Origin: Promethearchaeota archaeon
GTDB lineage: Archaea > Asgardarchaeota > Lokiarchaeia > Sigyniarchaeales > SOKP01
Direction of reading: 5' to 3'
DNA length: 64,000 bases
Assembly: GCA_048938855.1 (NCBI GenBank)
Contig: JBHLLT010000002.1
Span: 288,001 to 352,000 of the forward strand
Shown here: one piece after another, positions 60,147-64,000 of the stretch
How the letters are laid out: each line of letters opens with the position of its first letter
Position numbering within the stretch: position 1 is the first letter of the stretch
Position numbers and translations under genes: made by a program
Notes under the pieces: generated by a model
What the model was told of the DNA's origin: nothing
What the model saw: the letters and a program-made list of their open reading frames with translations, nothing else
The model's database searches: none

Positions 60147-61034
60147 ATGATGAAACCACTAGTATTTTTAGTTGAAGATGATGAAGTTCTTGTAAAAAAT
60201 TTTAAGATCTTCTTAGAAATGAATGATTATGATTTTATATCCGCTCTAAACGGAAAACAGGGGCTAGAAATTCTCTCAAATCTCGAGAATCCACCCGATA
60301 TTATAATTTCAGATATTCTAATGCCGATCTTAGATGGATACGATTTCTATATGAAAGTTTCAGAAAAAGCTGAGTGGTCAAGAATTCCTTTTTTCTTTCT
60401 CTCAGGAAAAACCCAACCTGATGATGTGAGATTTGGAAAAATGCTTGGCGCTGATGATTACATCACTAAACCATTTAGTCCAATGGCATTATTAGAAAAA
60501 ATCTCAAAAAAAATCAAAGAGAGTAGAGAAATTAAAAAAAGCTCGAAAATACTTGAGGAAAAGCTAAAAGACATTTTAAAGTATGAAGAACCTTCTCTAG
60601 GAACTCTTAGTAAAGCAGATTTTTACTATATATTTCATATGAGCTGGGATGATGAAAAGGGGCCAATCATCTTAGATTATTTCCCTAAAAACCTAATTCC
60701 ATCACTTAATCTTGAAGAACTTACAACTCAATTGTATTCTACTTTAATAAAAATATATGAGTTTGAACAAGTGCTTGAAAAAAATCAATTTATTATGAGA
60801 ATCGTAAAAGATTTAATTGATGCTTATGGCTTAATTGATAAAATTGAAGAAAATTCAGTTATCGCTCCTAAAAGTGGAAAAGGAACATTTATGGTTTGTG
60901 CTATAACTCCAAATTTTCATTATCTAAATTCTGAAAGAATTAGAGATATCTTAAAGAAGATCGCGTTTAATATAAAAGCAAAAAGAGATTGGAATATTAA
61001 AGAATATTGGGAAAAACTTTCTCAAATTGTTTAA
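60147..61034 (+). CDS. Response regulator: receiver domain fused to a probable longin/uDENN-like domain
   Basis: LVEDD, IISDILMP (phospho-Asp), FLSG, YITKPF; C-terminal YIFHMSWDDEKGPIILDYFP. Confidence 0.8.
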   Translation: MMKPLVFLVEDDEVLVKNFKIFLEMNDYDFISALNGKQGLEILSNLENPPDIIISDILMPILDGYDFYMKVSEKAEWSRIPFFFLSGKTQPDDVRFGKMLGADDYITKPFSPMALLEKISKKIKESREIKKSSKILEEKLKDILKYEEPSLGTLSKADFYYIFHMSWDDEKGPIILDYFPKNLIPSLNLEELTTQLYSTLIKIYEFEQVLEKNQFIMRIVKDLIDAYGLIDKIEENSVIAPKSGKGTFMVCAITPNFHYLNSERIRDILKKIAFNIKAKRDWNIKEYWEKLSQIV

Positions 61035-61196
61035 AGCTTTCTTTATGATCAAACTTTTTTTATTTAACTTATTTCAATATTTAAACTAAAAGGTACAATT
61101 TCTTAATAGATATCATTTTATGTGATTCATCACTGTTGAATTAAAAGATTTAGTTTTCGTCCGCAATATATTATAAAAAGGGGATTTTATACTTTA

Positions 61197-62501
61197 TTGA
61201 ATGAGCAAGAATATAACCAGATGATAAAACGCTGCTTACGTTGTTCTATTTGCAAGTGGATACCACAATTGCAAATTAAAAGCCAAAAATTTGCAACTAT
61301 TTGTCCCTCAATTGATATGTTTAATTTTCATGCATATAGTGGAGGTGGACGTATAATTATCGCTTTAGCACTAGAAATGGGAAGACTTAAACCGTCAAGA
61401 GAACTAATAGAGATCGTTTATAAGTGTACCGAATGTGGTGGATGTGCCATCGCTTGTAAATTTCTAAATACTTTAGAACCATTAGAGATCATTGTTAAAC
61501 TTCGAGAAAAATTAGTGTCTTTGGGGTATGGACCAATGCCAAAGCAGCAACAGTATATTGAATCTATAAAAAAAAACAATAATCCATATAATGAACCACA
61601 CGAACAAAGACTCGATTGGTTACCTGATGATATTAAAATTGATCCAAATGCAAAGACGCTTTATTTTGTAGGATGCACCTCATCTTATAGAAGAAAAGAA
61701 ATAGCGATTGCTACTGCTCGAGTGATGAATGCTGCAAATTATCCATTCAAAATTCTTAGTGAGAATGAGTATTGCTGTGGAAGCCCTATCCTAAGAATTG
61801 GAGATAAAGAATCATTTATAGCACAGTTGAACAAAAATCTTGATACAATTGAAAAAGAAGGAATAGAAACTGTTGTTTTTAGTTGTGCTGGATGCTATGA
61901 TACTTTTAAAGTTGATTATCCACTAGAAAGAGACTATAACTTTAAAACACTACATACTACAGAATTATTCAATGAATTAATCGATAATGGACAATTGAAT
62001 TTAGAACATGAAATACTACATACAGTAACTTATCATGATCCTTGTCATTTAGGGCGAAATTCTGAGCCATATGAAGAATGGGAAGGTGATGCCTTACAAA
62101 TGATGCCTCTCGTATCTATTAATATGCCTGAAAAGCCAAAAAGATGTGGACAATATGGAATTTATGATTCTCCACGTAATTTGCTAAACAAGATTCCTGG
62201 ACTAAATTTTGTAGAAATGGAAAGGATTAAAGAATATTCCTATTGTTGTGGTGCTGGAGGAGGTGTAAAATCAGCCTTTCCTGAATTTGCTCTTAGAACA
62301 GCTAAAACTCGGATTGAAGAAGCTGAATCTACTGGTGCTGAAATAATCGTATCCGCGTGTCCCTTTTGTTCTACGAATTTAAATGATGGAATAATTGAAA
62401 AAGATTCCAATCTTAAATTTTTTGATATAAGTGAACTTTTATTACTGGCACTCTCCCCAAAACATAAAACTATTAAAGAATCGTCAACGGAGGTCTCATA
62501 A
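61197..62501 (+). CDS. Fe-S oxidoreductase subunit (GlcF/HdrD-like, CCG domains)
   Basis: CLRCSIC, CTECGGCAIAC, YFVGC, CCG twice, YHDPCHLGR, ACPFC. Confidence 0.9.
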   Translation: MNEQEYNQMIKRCLRCSICKWIPQLQIKSQKFATICPSIDMFNFHAYSGGGRIIIALALEMGRLKPSRELIEIVYKCTECGGCAIACKFLNTLEPLEIIVKLREKLVSLGYGPMPKQQQYIESIKKNNNPYNEPHEQRLDWLPDDIKIDPNAKTLYFVGCTSSYRRKEIAIATARVMNAANYPFKILSENEYCCGSPILRIGDKESFIAQLNKNLDTIEKEGIETVVFSCAGCYDTFKVDYPLERDYNFKTLHTTELFNELIDNGQLNLEHEILHTVTYHDPCHLGRNSEPYEEWEGDALQMMPLVSINMPEKPKRCGQYGIYDSPRNLLNKIPGLNFVEMERIKEYSYCCGAGGGVKSAFPEFALRTAKTRIEEAESTGAEIIVSACPFCSTNLNDGIIEKDSNLKFFDISELLLLALSPKHKTIKESSTEVS

Positions 62502-64000
62502 ATGGTTTTGGAGAAAAGTGTGTTTAAAGAATTTGAAGATATTGTTGGTGTTGGAAACATTGATGATGGCGAAGTTATAACAAATATTTATGCTTATAAC
62601 TGGTGCATGGAAATTTTTAATTACATGGAAGGCAAAGATCCTATTCCGTTTTCTCCAATTCCTAAAGCAGTCATATTACCCTCATCTACTGAACAGGTTC
62701 AGCAAATAGTAAAATTATGCAATAAATATGGGATTGTATTTAAAGCCCAAAGTACCGGACTTGGTCCTTGGAACCAACCTTCGGTTGATAATTCAATAAT
62801 TATAGATCTTCGTAAAATGAATAGGATTATTAAAATTGATGAGAAGAATCTTTATGCTGTTGTTGAACCATATGTTAGTGGGGCACAATTACAGTCAGAG
62901 ACTATGAAATATGATCTTAACTGTCATATGCCGGGAGCAGGTCCTCAAGTATCCCCATTAGCAAGCGCTACAAGCATGAATGGTCCTGGATTTACTTCTC
63001 CTTCTACGGGTCATAGTGCTCGAAATGTTTTAGGAGTAGAATGGGTATTACCAGATGGAGAGATTATGAAATTAGGATCTTATGGTTTAAAAAATAATCC
63101 AGACTGGTTTCATGGTGATGGACCAGGACCAAGTTTAAGAGGTATCATGAGAGGTTGGGCAGGTACAAAGTCAGGATTAGGTATTTTTACGAAGGTTGCT
63201 GTAAAATTATTTCCCTATCCATGTAATACGGACTTTAAGGTTAAAGGAAATTCTCCCAATTATGATTTCGATATTCCTGATTTTATGAAATTATACGTTA
63301 TGGATTGTGGAAGTTTTAAAAGACTCGAGAATATTATGTTGACCATTGAAAAGGAAGAAATATCTTTTATGTGCAGTTTTTTATCTGGATTTGCTGTCAT
63401 GGCTATTTTTTCCAATTCAATCGAAAGTTTAATGGATAAGATACCTATTGGACAATTAAAAGCTCCCTTAGTGGTATTAATCGTTGGTCGTACAAAACGA
63501 GAATTTGAATACAAACAAAAAGTAATGAATCTTATCCTTAAGAATTTCAAATTAAAAAACATAATTGGAAAGATTTACAGACCTAATCCAATTTTTTATG
63601 CTGAGGCTCTTCGTTCAAACTTAGGTCTACATGGATTTATTGCCACAGGAGGATTTCAATCTTCTAAAGGAGTTGCTGACACTGCTGCCGTATGTCTTCG
63701 GAGTACTAAATCCAATATTCAATTAAAACAGAATTTCATTAAGAAAGGAGCAATTGCTAACGATTTTGGCGAGGGTACATGGATGTCCTCATATGAATCA
63801 GGTCACTATTATCATATGGAATCCCCCACCATGTTTGATCAAACTGAAGAAAATAGTGTAAAAGGAATGGCCGAATATATGGAGAATAGTAATCAGTTAG
63901 ATTTATTAAAACATCTTGGAGCTCCATTTTTCGTAGAAGGCACACGTTTGCATGAATTATTTGGACCTCATATGTCCAACTATCACATATGGCTAAGAAA
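62502..64000 (+). CDS. FAD-binding oxidoreductase (VAO/PCMH family), truncated by the window end; absent from ORF track
   Basis: ATG directly after the 62501 stop, preceded by GGAGGT; MVLEKSVF...AVILPSSTEQVQQIVKLCN...DLRKMNRIIKID...VEPYV...GDGPGPSLRG. Confidence 0.9.
   Translation, partial: MVLEKSVFKEFEDIVGVGNIDDGEVITNIYAYNWCMEIFNYMEGKDPIPFSPIPKAVILPSSTEQVQQIVKLCNKYGIVFKAQSTGLGPWNQPSVDNSIIIDLRKMNRIIKIDEKNLYAVVEPYVSGAQLQSETMKYDLNCHMPGAGPQVSPLASATSMNGPGFTSPSTGHSARNVLGVEWVLPDGEIMKLGSYGLKNNPDWFHGDGPGPSLRGIMRGWAGTKSGLGIFTKVAVKLFPYPCNTDFKVKGNSPNYDFDIPDFMKLYVMDCGSFKRLENIMLTIEKEEISFMCSFLSGFAVMAIFSNSIESLMDKIPIGQLKAPLVVLIVGRTKREFEYKQKVMNLILKNFKLKNIIGKIYRPNPIFYAEALRSNLGLHGFIATGGFQSSKGVADTAAVCLRSTKSNIQLKQNFIKKGAIANDFGEGTWMSSYESGHYYHMESPTMFDQTEENSVKGMAEYMENSNQLDLLKHLGAPFFVEGTRLHELFGPHMSNYHIWLR

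Noticed and set aside
62499-62504. Read-through fusing the Fe-S subunit to the final flavoprotein (in-frame TAA-ATG)
   Set aside because: TAA is a strong stop and a GGAGGT precedes the ATG; ordinary translational coupling is sufficient
4340-63945. Short antisense or overlapping ORFs in the track (e.g. 4340-4543, 8778-9149, 16015-16317, 33881-34426, 62240-62560, 63260-63562)
   Set aside because: They lie within well-supported genes on the opposite strand or in another frame and carry no motifs
1-64000. CRISPR arrays, tRNA/rRNA genes, transposases, integrases
   Set aside because: No regularly spaced repeats, GC-rich structured RNA blocks or recombinase motifs seen by eye; a tRNAscan/Infernal run would be needed to exclude small RNAs

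Overview
AT-rich, gene-dense archaeal chromosomal window. TFB, an ADP-forming acyl-CoA ligase, AOR, a geranylgeranyl reductase and an XPD helicase mark it as archaeal. Bacterial-type grpE-dnaK-dnaJ, SCP2/beta-oxidation genes, oligo-T terminators and a probable longin-fold domain suggest an Asgard (Lokiarchaeia-like) organism; this placement is inference. About 55 CDS. I saw no rRNA, tRNA, CRISPR array or transposase. Main items: (1) an 11.3-kb PadR-led operon with two non-canonical UvrA paralogues (six ABC ATPase domains in total, one gene an asymmetric tandem fusion) and several modifying enzymes; (2) a BpsA-like aminopropyltransferase fused to a pyruvoyl SAM-decarboxylase domain, near an ornithine decarboxylase; (3) a ~133-bp, ~80%-identical non-coding leader, able to fold into a hairpin, shared by an acyl-CoA operon and aor; (4) a locus of CoiA-like nuclease, RQGD protein, DUF6745-like protein, TPR protein and XPD helicase; (5) a response-regulator receiver fused to a probable longin/uDENN domain. 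Several features are missing from or mis-called in the ORF track: two Cys-rich microproteins, a probable ATT start or split fusion for acdA, and a truncated final gene.
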